Shown piece after piece: positions 12,565-24,700 of a stretch of 64,000 bases of DNA. Made by a program: the position numbers and the translations under genes. Under the pieces are notes generated by a model. That model was not told where the DNA came from and ran no database searches. It was given only the letters and a program-made list of their open reading frames with translations. Positions within the stretch are counted from its first letter, which is position 1. The number at the start of each line of letters is the position of its first letter. This DNA comes from Convolutriloba macropyga (Eukaryota), in the NCBI RefSeq assembly GCF_964194025.1, contig NC_134470.1:65906001-65970000 (forward strand), in the 5' to 3' direction.

Positions 12565-15376
12565 CAACCCTAAACCTCAAAAATTCACTATCGTATTGCA
12601 GACGATACTTTGACAACGACAGTGATACATTTGAGCAAACAAGTGAAACAAATTTTAGCTTGTGCTGTTAAAAAAAGGTCAAATTGATTTTTTTAAATTC
12701 AATGCAAATCAAGAAAAACGAAACAATTTCCCATTCGTTTGACTTCTTTGATCTGCTTCTAATTTCAAAAAAAATTATGCATGATAGACACATAGCTAAA
12801 TTCGTATATTTGGCAACAAATCAAACTGGACTGTCAAAGTGTATTCATTTAGTTTGAATAAGAGAGATTTTTATGCGTGTGAATTTATTGATTTAGAGAA
12901 ACAATACAAATTAAAAAAAGTTGCTGTAATTTTGAAGTGCAAAAAAGTGTTAGCATTTCACCACTATTTTCAAGAAGGGTCATGTAGGAATCTCATAAAC
13001 GAGTTGCACGTTTTTTGAGAGAAACTCATTATTGTAGCTAGGTATTGGGATTATGCCTTTCCCAGTTTTGAGCTCCAATTGTTGCATCTACATTGATGAG
13101 GGTAAGTTTTATTGCTTAAACCAAATTTTTGCTGAAAAATTGATTGATGCTATAGAGGGTTTGCAATTTTTCTTTAAAAAATGGTTATCTAAGAACCTCA
13201 TGAATGAGTGGGGCAAAGATCTTTGGTTTTGGTCGTTTTACAGAAAATTCCGTACTTTTCTATTCTGGTCATGGCGATTTTAAGTAACAGCAGTTATGAT
13301 CTAGAATCAACAGAGTCATTTATCAACCAGAAAACGTTCAAAACCAAAAATCCTTCAAAAGCGTCGCAACTGAGAAATATGTCCAAATCAGACAAATGCT
13401 TACGATTTATGTCTGAAAGAGATTAGCTGTAAACTGGAGTTCGAAAAAACAAAAGGTTTGCGGTCTAAGTAGATCAAAGAAAAACTGCGCCGCTTCACAC
13501 ATTAAACTGTCAGTACCACTAACACCTGTGACTATATCCTTAAAAACAAGCCCACAGTTTTTAAGAATAAAAGTATATTTGATTTGCGGATCTTTTTTGT
13601 GGCATTTAGTACCATCAATTCAATCGTTAATAACTCTGCCTGCAGGAATTTTTGTTTATTGAGTTACAAACTAAGAGTGCGCATTATGCGTGCTTTCTTC
13701 TGACCTTTATAAAACCTCAAGAAGTACTCCCCAGAGATTTTAAATTTGTACACAAGCACGGGAAACGTCCCAATTTTTGACCGGACTTGGTCGGTTTTCG
13801 CTAATAACTCTGGGTAGAGGGAATATTTTCATTTTCTCTAGTGATACTGACAGCCTAGTTCAAAACAGCTCTGATGGTATGCACGTCATATAGTGTTGTT
13901 TCCAAAAAGTAATATAAATGGTCCGTGGATCTTGCGTGTTGTCTTTGATGTTCTTTCATGTATTAAAACAAAGCTTTTTCCAGAGTTTGTTTGCTTTGCT
14001 TCTTTCTGCTGCCGTCTCCTCTCAGGAGAGTTCTTTCCGCTCTAATGCTTGCTAGCTTGGCCAGCTGTCGCTGGCTTTCGGTCTGGCTGGCTTTAAACCG
14101 CAGAGCTGCAGTTTTTGGATTCGTTTTTTGGATCATGTTCCCACATAGTGGGTATGTGTTCTTGCAAAGCAAGAATGTTCATCGAAGCTTTGCTCTCATC
14201 TTAGATTTTTAATCTTGCACTTTTTTGTTCGCTTCCACTTTCTTTTTGGTCTCGTTTGCTGTGAACCGCACCGCTTCGTTTTTCAGAGCGGTCTTCATTG
14301 CTTGCTAGCTTGGCCAGCTGTCGCTTGCTTTCGGTCTGGTTTGCCCTAAACCTCAGAGCTGCAGTTTTTGGATTCGTTTTTTTGGAACATGTTCCCACAT
14401 AGTGGGTATGTGTTCTTGCGAAGCAAAAATGTTCATTAAAGCCTTGCTCTCATCTTGGATTTTCAGTCTTTCGCTTTTTTGTTCGCTTACTTTTTCTTTT
14501 TGGTCTTATTTTCTCTGAACCAGACAGCTTCGGTTTTCAGAGCGGTCTTTTGGTCCGAATTCTTACGTCGATAAAGTCGCGGGGGGGGGAAAGGAACAAT
14601 AGAACCGAGATTTGTACGGTTTGGTCAAGAAGTTAAGCAATGGATACTAAAATTTAGAGATCGCAGAGTTTGGGGAAAGGGGCTTTGAGGCGAAACGTTT
14701 TTCAAGATTACTTAGAGGCCAAAAATAGCTTCACAAGTTGGTCACACTTATCTTAATATGATGTATTTCTAATGATCTAGAACAAAGTTTTTAACAGTTA
14801 TTCTGTTTCCCTTTTGGTCGGCTTTTTGATCTGTTTGAAACTGCGGACTGTTGCTTGAAAAACATATGCAAAAAAATTTTTCAAAAAATCAATCAGATCA
14901 AGTAGTTATTCGATAGTATTTGATTTTTCAGATTTCTCTTCTGCATCAAATTCAAGACGTTTGTTTACTTCAATGGAGTCAAGATTCAACACTGACAAGA
15001 AAGCAGACCGCACTGCATGCAGGTTTCTTTACTTTTTCTCTGCAAACTTACTAATTTTTTGGACAAAGTTTTGGCCACAACTTGAGTTTTAGCTTTATTT
15101 AAGACTGAAAACCGTAAACTTCGATTCAGTGGTTTAATGAACCGCTCTTGAACGGCAAATTTATCAATGTTGAGAGCAAAAAAGCTCATGAAGAGTTTAG
15201 AGTCAAAGTGAAAAACAGTTAAAAGAGTGCACAAATTTCTTTTTTAGAATCGCAAATCCAAAAGACCACTTAAGCCACAAATCCATGAAGCAAACTTGAG
15301 GGACAATTTTTTAATCCAAGGAGAGAACAAACCGCAAGTTGGTGTGTTCACGCATCAGTTTGAGATCAATATTGTC

Positions 15377-15853
15377 ATAGATACTTCGCTAATCGGGGAT
15401 TCCATCGTTGATGGAATTGTAGCTGATGGAATGAAAACCATAGCAGAGTCAGGTGATAAAGAGGAAAATCTAACAAGTTATCGCTGATGAGGAACCGACT
15501 CAATTCCGTTATTCTATGTTTGGCGAAGGAAACAACCTACAAGCCAGATCTCGCGTACTCTCTGACATTGCTGAAGAGCCAGTTGCTGTATTTGCCAAAC
15601 TGCTGCTGATTCTCTCAAAAGTCAGAGCTGCCTAATTTTCGAGTACTTGCAGTAATGAGTTTGAATTAGGTAGCCAAACAACAGTGGCCTATACACGGAA
15701 AAATTCCTTGCCAGGGTACTGATCGGTATAATAAGTCTTTGAAACAACCCTTAAACTCATATTCATGACCGTTTTGCAGACGATACTTTGACAGCGACGG
15801 GATCCATTTGAGCATACGAGTGCAACAAAATTTAGCTTGTACCATTAGAAAAA
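15377..15853 (+). pseudogene. SGNH esterase relic, array copy 5 (B type)
   Basis: SLIGDSIVDG...; early frameshift; DGIHLS retained downstream. Confidence 0.7.
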
Positions 15854-16255
15854 CAACCCCAAACCTCAAAAATTCACTATCGTATTGCAGACGATACTTT
15901 GACAACGACAGGGATCTATTTGAGCAAACAAGTGCAACAAATTTTAGCTTGTGCTGTTAAAAAAGGTCAAATTGATTTTTTTTAATTCAATGCAAATCAA
16001 GAAAAACGAAACAATTGCCCATTCGTTTGACTTCTTTGATTTGCTTCTAATTTCAAAAAAATTTATGTATGATAGACACATAGCTAAATTGGTATATTGG
16101 GCAACAAATCAAACTGGACTGTCAGTGTATTCATTTAGTTTGAATAAGTGAGAACTTTATGCTTGTGAATTTCTTGATTTAGAGAAACTAAACAAATTGA
16201 AAAAATGTTGCTGTAATTTTGAAGTGCAACAGTGTTAGCATTTCACCACTATTTT

Positions 16256-16760
16256 ATAGATAGTTTGCTAATCGGGGATTCCATCGTTGATGGAATTGTA
16301 GCTCATGGATTGAAAACCATAGCAGAGTCAGGTTATAAAGAGGAAAATCTAACAAAAGTTATCGCTGATGAGGAACCGACTCAATTCCGTTATTTTATGT
16401 TTGGCGAAGGAAACAACCTACAAGCCAGATCTCGCGTACTCTCTGACATTGAAGAGCCAGTTGTTGTATTTGAGAAACTGCTGCTACTTCTCTCAAAAGT
16501 CAGAGAGCTGCCTATTTTTCGAGTACTTGCAGTAATGAAGTTGCTGCCTCGCTTTGAATTAGGTAGCCCCAAAGCAAGCATCAGTGGCTTATAGACGGCA
16601 AATTCCCTGCCAGGGTTTTCAACGGTTTAATGACACTGTCTTTGAAACAACACTTACACTCATATATTCACGATCGTATTGCAGACGATACTTTGACAAC
16701 GACGGGATCCATTTGAGCATACGAGTGCAACAAAATTTAGCTTGTGCCGTTAGAAAAACA
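16256..16760 (+). pseudogene. SGNH esterase relic, diverged copy 6 (most complete motif set)
   Basis: LLIGDSIV ... FGEGNNL ... MKLLPRF ... (frameshift) ARVFNGLM ... (frameshift) FDNDGIHLSIRVQQNLACAV. Retains the LLPR motif that is deleted in the other copies. Confidence 0.8.
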
Positions 16761-18360
16761 ACCCTAAACCTCATAAAATCAGTATCGTATTGCAGACGAT
16801 ACTTTGACAATAACGGGATCCATTTGAGCACGCGAGCGCAACAAATTAAGCTTGTGTCATTAAAATTTTTCAATTGTGCCAATTCTCAATTCAATGCAAA
16901 TCAAGAAGAGTGTAACAATTGCCAATTCGTTTGAATTTTTTTATTTGCTTTTAATTTCAAAAAAAATGAGTGATAGACACTCAGTTAAACTTATATATTT
17001 GAATACAAATCAATCTGAACTGTCAACGGGTATTCATTTAGTTTGAATACGTGTGAACTTTATGCGTGTGAATTTATTGATTTGGAGAAACTTAACAAAT
17101 TGAAGAAACGTTGCTGTCATTTTTAAGGGCAATTAAGTGTTAGCATTTCACCACTATTTTTAAGAAGTGTCATGTAGAAACTTATTAAACGAGTTGCACG
17201 TCTTTTGAGAGAATCTCATTTTTGTAACTAGGTATTGGGATTACTCTTTTCTCATATGATCCGAGCTGCAATTGTGGTTTTGAGAAATTTTCAGAGCGCC
17301 GTGAATTTATTCCGGGCTCATGGGCTTATTGAAAACAATATTGTTGTTCAATTTCTTGCTAGTGTTTGTTGAATCAGTTTTTGGCGCGTGAGATTTACAA
17401 ATCTTTCTAAACTGATGCGTGTAAGTTTTATTGCTTAGATTAAACAAAGTTTTGCTGAAATTTTGATGCTGTAAAGGGTTTGCGTTTGAACGTAGTTTTT
17501 TAAAAAAAAACAACGGTTATCTAAGAATCTCATGAATGAGTGGGGCAAAGATCTTCGGTTTTGGTCGTTTTACAAAAAAATTCCGTACTTTTCCATTCTG
17601 GTTATGGCGATTTTAAGTAGCATTTGTTCAGAAATATGATCTGGAATGAACAAAATCAGTATCAAAAAACAAAATCTGAACCAGAAATGGTATAATCCCA
17701 TATAGCCCGGTTTTGGACTTCATCTGCTTGAATTTTATTCTTATTAATTGCTTTCGAACGAAGACTTCTCATCGCTAATAAAACAGAACTAAAAATTCTT
17801 GCTTCGCTCTTAGTTGAAATCAATGATTGCAGGCAACTTGGCAGTCCTTATGCCAGCATAATTGTGCCTCACTAAAGAAAAGGCTGACACCGTTTTTGGT
17901 GACCATCAAGAAAACAGAAGATTGGTCAAAACTCAGATCGACAGCACAGATGAATTCATATTCAACAATTTCATTGATTACGAAGCTGTACACACGGCCA
18001 TATTACGCGATTCGAATTTCGACAACCTGTATAAGTATAAAAAATGTGTGATTTAATCCTTATCCGGAGGAAAAGTGCGCCAATTTTATTTGTTGCTCGA
18101 CACCTTAAATGCTTACAGAAACGTGATTCTGGCTGTGGACGTAAACAACTTGGCAGCTCGTAATGGCCCCGGCGAAGAACCAGCTGACATCTTAGAGCAA
18201 ATACGGGCTTTGTACAGTGCAATTCAGAAATCTTGAGAACCACCCGAGAGTGATTTTTTTACGGTATTGAAATGGACTAGTTACACGCACTTCAACATAC
18301 AGAGGTTCAACCCCAAGTTAACTCAGTCAAGTTTGTCACGCTTTAAAACGCAGATTTAAA

Positions 18361-18503
18361 NNNNNNNNNNNNNNNNNNNNNNNNNNNNNNNNNNNNNNNN
18401 NNNNNNNNNNNNNNNNNNNNNNNNNNNNNNNNNNNNNNNNNNNNNNNNNNNNNNNNNNNNNNNNNNNNNNNNNNNNNNNNNNNNNNNNNNNNNNNNNNNN
18501 NNN
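18361..18503. other. Assembly gap (143 N)
   Basis: Run of N. Confidence 1.
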
Positions 18504-18668
18504 ACACATGAACATACATATACATACATATATACATATATACATTCATACATACATACATATACAAACAAATACCTACACACACATACACAAACACTCA
18601 TAAACCACAGAAAAAACAAGAAAGACGCATAAACACGTACACCCAGACAAACGTACACATACACACAC
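18504..18668. repeat. Imperfect (ACAT)n/(AT)n/(AC)n microsatellite
   Basis: acatacata tacatacata ... cacacataca directly after the gap. Confidence 0.9.
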
Positions 18669-18854
18669 GCCGTTCTAAGATTTGAATAAATTAAAATACG
18701 CAGATGTCAGCGGGTGTTGCTGTCCGCTTCGAATTTTGACTAAGCGGAATCTTTTCGGCTTCGACCGTTAATCTAGAACTTAAAAAATAAATTTTGCAGA
18801 CGTTAGAGCGTGTTTGTGTCCGCCTCGAATGTTTAGACCTATAAGCTAAGTTGA

Positions 18855-19810
18855 AACAAGGAGGCTCGGTAAAAGGCGATTGCATATGAGGTTCCGACCC
18901 CGCTCATCCACAATTTTGGCATAATTGTCTACCCAATGAGGAACAGATAGAAAACCCCAAAAATTCAAGTATTTTTCAAAAAAAACTGCGTATGAACGAA
19001 AAGATAGCCTCCAAAGCAAATAACTCAGTGGAGTAAAAAAAATGAGGCATTAGATTCATGAGATATGCCAATATTAAGAAAGCGAGTCAAGACCAACAGC
19101 AAAATCAAACAACAACAACAAGCATTATTTACAACAAAAAATTTATGTCCAATTGAAAAACAAAACTTAAAAACAAAGTCAAAATAGCGTCCGGTAAAAC
19201 TGAAGCTAAATAAAAACAACTTGTAATTCACCAGAAAAGATATGGGACCAGTCCATAACAAGTATTGGTAGCAATTAGACAATAAAGAACAAAAACAGTA
19301 AATTTAAAAAATTCGCTTTATTTTTTTTAAAACAATTAATTTTAAAGTAATGAAAACCATTGGAAATCATCTAAAATATCCCATAGGTTTACGATTGCCA
19401 GTATTTCTCAATATGGGAATAAAGAACTGTCTATACAATTTCTAGGCGGTTACAAAAAGAACAACAAATAGACAATTAAAAAATCAGATAAATTTTGACA
19501 GAAGACGCTTTTGAAGCCGTAAGGCCATACTTTTAACCTCAAAAAATGTTGGATTGCACGTCCTTCGATTTCCGATAATGTATTATGTGACCTTTCATGA
19601 AACCAGGTAACATGTCGACAAAAAAGAAAAAAGGCAAAATTAAGTAATATTTGTTTTTTTTTCGAAAAAAAAAATATTTCCAAAGACATGAAAGCCATTA
19701 ATTACAAAAAAATTATTAAAATAGGTTACTTTGTTCTTCCAAAGGAAGCCCTCGAGACCTGCAATGATCCAAAATATATCCTACTACAAAAAAAGGTAAA
19801 AATCTGACAA
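18855..19810. mobile_element. Old dispersed repeat beginning AACAAGGAGGCTCGG (possibly Helentron/HINE-like)
   Basis: Same 5' end and collinear patchy similarity with 35805-36330; a short end fragment at ~34980-35030. Confidence 0.55.
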
Positions 19811-21725
19811 AAATCAAATTAATTTTCTTTTTTTTTTGTGAAAAACCAGCGTCGAAACCAGTAAAGTCACAACGAATTCTTCAAAAACATTAGATTTTGT
19901 GACAACAATCCCTTCGACACCTTCCCTTGACAACAATGTTGTCATATTTGGCCTGTAATTAACGCGACTAGGCAACAAACAGACATTAAAAGGAGCAAAA
20001 TTGTTCTTTTTTATTTTGGAAAACAATTATTTTCAAAGTCGTGAAAGCGAACAGCTATTTACAAAAATCAGAAAATCGGCCCATCTATTTTTCCCTGAAA
20101 AACCAATGAAACCGGGTCATTGTACAGGGTAATTTCATACGATTAAAAAGACGAAGAAAAAATGACAGTTAAAGACAAAACTAAAAAAATTCATTTAAAT
20201 TCTTCGAGAAAGTATTGTCGAAGCCGTTAAAACCAGAGTCTATATCCTTCAGGATTTCGATGATATCAATTGTGCCTTATTTTGAACGCCAATAATGTGA
20301 TAAATCATCTGTCAATACCGTGATAATATGACAAAATCAGAAAACTCGAAAAATGGGCAAATACATGAAAATGAAAAAAAAAATTGAAATCAATTAGTAT
20401 CAAAACAAGAAAACCATAACTTCAGGTGTAAAACCGCAATAAAGGTGGAAATTGAATTCAGTAGAAAGAAGAAGCATTCTTTCGTTGCTGACACAAAGCT
20501 ACAAATTGACCAAATTAAGAGAAAAATGGAGGCAAATTTTGATAAGCCATTATTTAATTAAAAATCAAATATTTTTAAAACAACCATAAGCTTTCAAGTA
20601 ATAAATTGGATACAATAAATCGGAGCTAATTAGGAAGCAAATTGGACCAATCACTAATGAGCTTTGATTTGAAATGTTCTGTTATTTAATTAATATTTCA
20701 AAAAAGTTCGAATACTTTTTATAAAAAAGAACGACTGATTACAATCCGAATTTTTTTGGATTGTAACAGTCCAAGATCGGTCCAAAACTAGCTCTGCTGA
20801 TGCTGCTTCTCCACAAAGAACACTTAATTTTTCGAATGTTATAGATAGATATTTTGTTAGTTCAAAAATCAAAAATAAATGCTGCGTACTTGATAATCAA
20901 CGAGTAAATTTAGCAAAAAAGGGCAAAGTTTTAATTACGGAGTACTCGCAACGGAAGTTGAAGTAAAAATCGCCCTTTTCAGTCTACAAAAATTGTGTTA
21001 GGAACAATTAGAAGTTGAGCCCATAAAGTCATCAATAGCGACGGTAATGATTGAATTTGGCGTGAATGTCCTCAGGTATTTAGAGCTCCCGTCTTTAACT
21101 ATTTGTTTTGCTTTTTAGAAATTGAAAACTTTTTTTTTGATCTAAACTGTTTTGCAGAACTGATTTGGAGAGCTTTTTTAAGCCTGGTCGTGTACATAGT
21201 GCTCTGCTCAATTCACTTATAACTTTTTCGTAACTCCGCACTGGTGGTCCCAAGTCCGGAATGAAAAACGAGACGGGTAACATAACCAGAACATACTGGA
21301 AAGATCTCAAAAGGTTGGTTAAAAACTCAACAAGACCCTTTTTCCGAAACTTTTCATTATATCTTTCTTCAATCAGCGCATCTTTAATTAGGGTGGACTT
21401 ACATATTAGTGTAATTTACGGGTGTAAACGATAGAAAAAGTGTAAAAGAGAGGAAAAAGCTGTTAATGGTGAAATCTAAATAGTGTAAAAAAGTTTAATG
21501 GTGTAATCAAAAGAGTGTGTGTCACAAATAGTTTTTCCACCCTTATTAAGAGGGGCACTAACGGTGTAAAAATCTTATTTTTAACACTCTTTTACCCGTG
21601 ATATTTAGGCAAAATCCTCGGCCCGGGAAGTGACATTCCAGGATTGCAGCAAAAGCTAATCAACAAATAGCAGGCGGGTATAATAGTAAACAATCCAATG
21701 ATATTAAAGGAAACGACCCAGTCTA

Positions 21726-24700
21726 TTAGCACAAGAGGAAAGTGTCCTCAAGGGGCGACTGTTGATTAAGAGTCATAAGAGGTATATTAACTTTACCAAC
21801 ACAGGATGAATTTACAGTGCTGAACTGATAATAGCACACGGACACCTCCAAGTACAAGTTTTCCCACGAATTTCCGCCAATATTAAACGTGAACAACTGA
21901 TTAAAGATCGGACAGCTTGAGTTTTTGATATCTGTTTTTTGTTTGAAGCCATCCACTCTCATTAGCAACTTCTCGTCAACTGGAAGCAATTTCAATTTGA
22001 CGTAAACATTTGAGTTCAAGCTATCTTCTTGAACCTCCATTGAGTAACTGGAGGTCATGAGGTCTATACATCTCTTAACTAGCACTTTAACTTGAGATTT
22101 TCGTTCGTCGCACGTTACTTTCATATCAATTTTCCCCCCAAATTGGGAAGATGATTGCATGGAGCTCATTGATGGACTTGAATGGATATTTGAGCTACTA
22201 GTGCTGCTGTGGTAATAGTAGTCATCATTCAAAGTGAAACTTTTATCTTCGGGCAATGACTGAAAAAACGTATAGACAGCATCGCTGTTTCTAACAGAGC
22301 TCGTATTCGAGGCATAGATGAAGTCAAGAAATTGTTGAATTGCGTTCCGCCTGTAACCCAGTCGGGTACTCTGCTTGCCCAGAATCTGCTGGATGTTGAG
22401 GATGAGACGAGACTTTGGGTCTTTGAAGAAGTCTGGGTAGCGGCTCTCGAGAAGCGTAAGGAGTTGTTTGAAATGCGACCATCTTCGGAACACAAAGTAA
22501 TTATTTCTTCTTTCCGTTGTCACTTCACACACGTACACGTGGTATCTAAAAAGCCACGCATTGATATCCACATATGATGTTCTTCATCCAATCTCGAAAG
22601 CAAACAGGGATAAATATTTCAGCACTTTTAAAACTGCAATACTGAAAAATGTCCAAGAACTGGAACAAAATTACCAGAAAAAGAACACTATAAGACTCGT
22701 ATAATTTGAGACCATTCGCCTACTATGATTCCACACACTAGCACAATGGTTCATATTTCAAATTTACACAGCAGCAGGCACATTGTCCAAATAACTGCTA
22801 AATACAATTGCGAATAGTAAAAAAAATCAAGCTGCTTATTTCATTCCACTCATAAAGCCTTTTCTTGTCGTGAGCAGCCTATATTATAAACGAGTGCATT
22901 ATGGACCTTCAAATGGCTTGAAGTATCCTCGAGTTGCCTTAATATTAGTCTTAAGTAATTTAGAGAGTGAAGAATGCCATAATTAAGCATAAAGCGGGGA
23001 AGAGCGGGATAAATAGATGAACAAGATTCCGCCTTTGATCTTGTGAAATGAACAAATGTAAATGAGCATGTGAAAAAAACAGCGTCAAAAGAATTCCGCA
23101 AACGATTCGCTGCAGCAAAAAACAATAGAACTGAATAGCCGTTAAAATTTAAAGGAGACAAATTTCAATCTGAACTGCAAACATTTGGGATCAAAGGAAA
23201 AGCAACAAGAAAAAACTAAAAGAATACTAAAAATGTTTCTCGAAAATTTTGCATATTCTGCTTCACAAGGAAGTCATATCACTCCATAAAAATATCTTTC
23301 TGCCGGCTCACAAGCTGATCTAAGCTAGAATCAAAAGATGAACAACAGATAACAATTTGATAAGAGAAAATTGCTTTGAAAAACCTTTTCTTATCTTGAT
23401 CAATCACGCATCACTAAAAACATTGAAGTTGTTTATTACTCAAACACTCCTCTGTAAATGAAATAGTATCTCCGCTGAAGAGCGGATACTGCCAAACAAG
23501 GAAATTATTTAACAGTTCAAAAATTACCAATACGAACAAAGAAAGTGACAGTTGATTTTTAAAAAATCTCAACGCCAACAACCAAAGAAAAGTTGGACTA
23601 TATGTAAAAGTTAAGCGGAGAGTTAAATTAAAAATATAACCGACTAACGTCAGGCGAATTGCTATCAAACAACTAGCGGGCAGTTGGCTTCGTCAGTAGC
23701 TAGCCACGGTTGTGAGGCTAGCTTTAGCTTAATTGAAGAGGCGTGAGGTGAGCTCAGCGCGGGATGCACCGGGCGGCCGATGGGGGGTAACAGTCAGGAG
23801 GGGAGTGGGGGCAACATAAGGAGGGGGTGGACAACGATGGGAGGATTTTTTGGCTGCCCACTTAATGCCCACTGAGCGCTACCTGTTCATCCCGTTTTTG
23901 AGGACGAAAAGTCAAATGGGTCAGAAGAAAAATCGGTCAAGCGAAAAATCGCATACAAAAGACCAACAGGACTAATATAATTGCTACAAACTTTGTTTGA
24001 GAGCAATTAATAATGAATTTCCTGATAAAATGCTTGAATTACTTCTCAGAAAATATTTGAGATTTGTATGCTAAAAAATTATATTACATAACTTTGCATG
24101 ATAGTCAAACAATTTTCTTTCAGTAGGAGCCAACAGCCCTACCTTTAATTAACATGAATTAAAGAGGCGAAATGAACTAAAGGGTCCACTTAATTTAGGA
24201 GGGGCGTTGGCTCCTAATGATCTCGAATTATACAAACTCCTTTAAAAATGCAAAAACGATAATTAAAATTTTGCATGATAGTGACTCATGGATTGCACCT
24301 TAACCGCGATAAATTGCTTCATGTGAAGAAATGAGATACATATGAAAATCAGAAAGAATTTTAACTTTTGTTGAGACTGACTCAGTTCCATTTTCAAAAA
24401 GGAGACCATTAAATTACAACAAAGATATAACTTTTTCGAACAAATTAAATTCCTATCAAACAGATCGAATGCAGACTAGCGACAGAAATTCGATAAAATA
24501 TTAAAATAAGAACGAAAAAATTGTTTCAATTGTCAAATTTGAACACAAAAATCTAAACTAACTCTCCTCAAGCTCCCACTCAAAAGTACGGCATTAAAAG
24601 TTCTTTCCGGTGTTCAATTTTCTTCAACGAAATTTCGCGTCTCAAATATACTCCAATAAAATATCGATTAAGAAAGACACGCAACCAATATTCCTCTCTG

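Larger units (their letters stand above)
1528..17660. repeat. Tandem array of a ~3.4-kb unit with a 6484-bp higher-order duplication and diverged terminal copies
   Basis: Near-identical ORFs recur at 2084/5510/8568/11994/15296 (spacings 3426, 3058, 3426, 3302). Segment 1933-8416 is repeated from 8417. The flanking copies (~1528-2080 and ~16256-17660) are visibly more diverged. Each unit has internal 111-bp and ~253-bp duplications. Confidence 0.95.

Noticed and set aside
2489-15905. The many 60-80 aa ORFs repeated in the array (e.g. MSKYRLQ..., MLCKNTY..., MGQRSLV...)
   Set aside because: They recur only because the DNA is duplicated. Most lack ATG starts or domains, some are antisense to the SGNH relic, and they are broken by indels in some units.
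1528-17660. CRISPR-like array or prokaryotic system suggested by regular repeats
   Set aside because: Units are kilobases long with no short repeat/unique spacer pattern and no cas genes; the context is spliceosomal-intron eukaryotic DNA.
18336-18664. ORFs spanning the N gap and microsatellite
   Set aside because: Artefacts of Ns and low-complexity sequence.
21400-21600. gtgtaa-rich patch as a possible MITE or telomere-like repeat
   Set aside because: Irregular spacing and no convincing paired terminus; cannot be classified.
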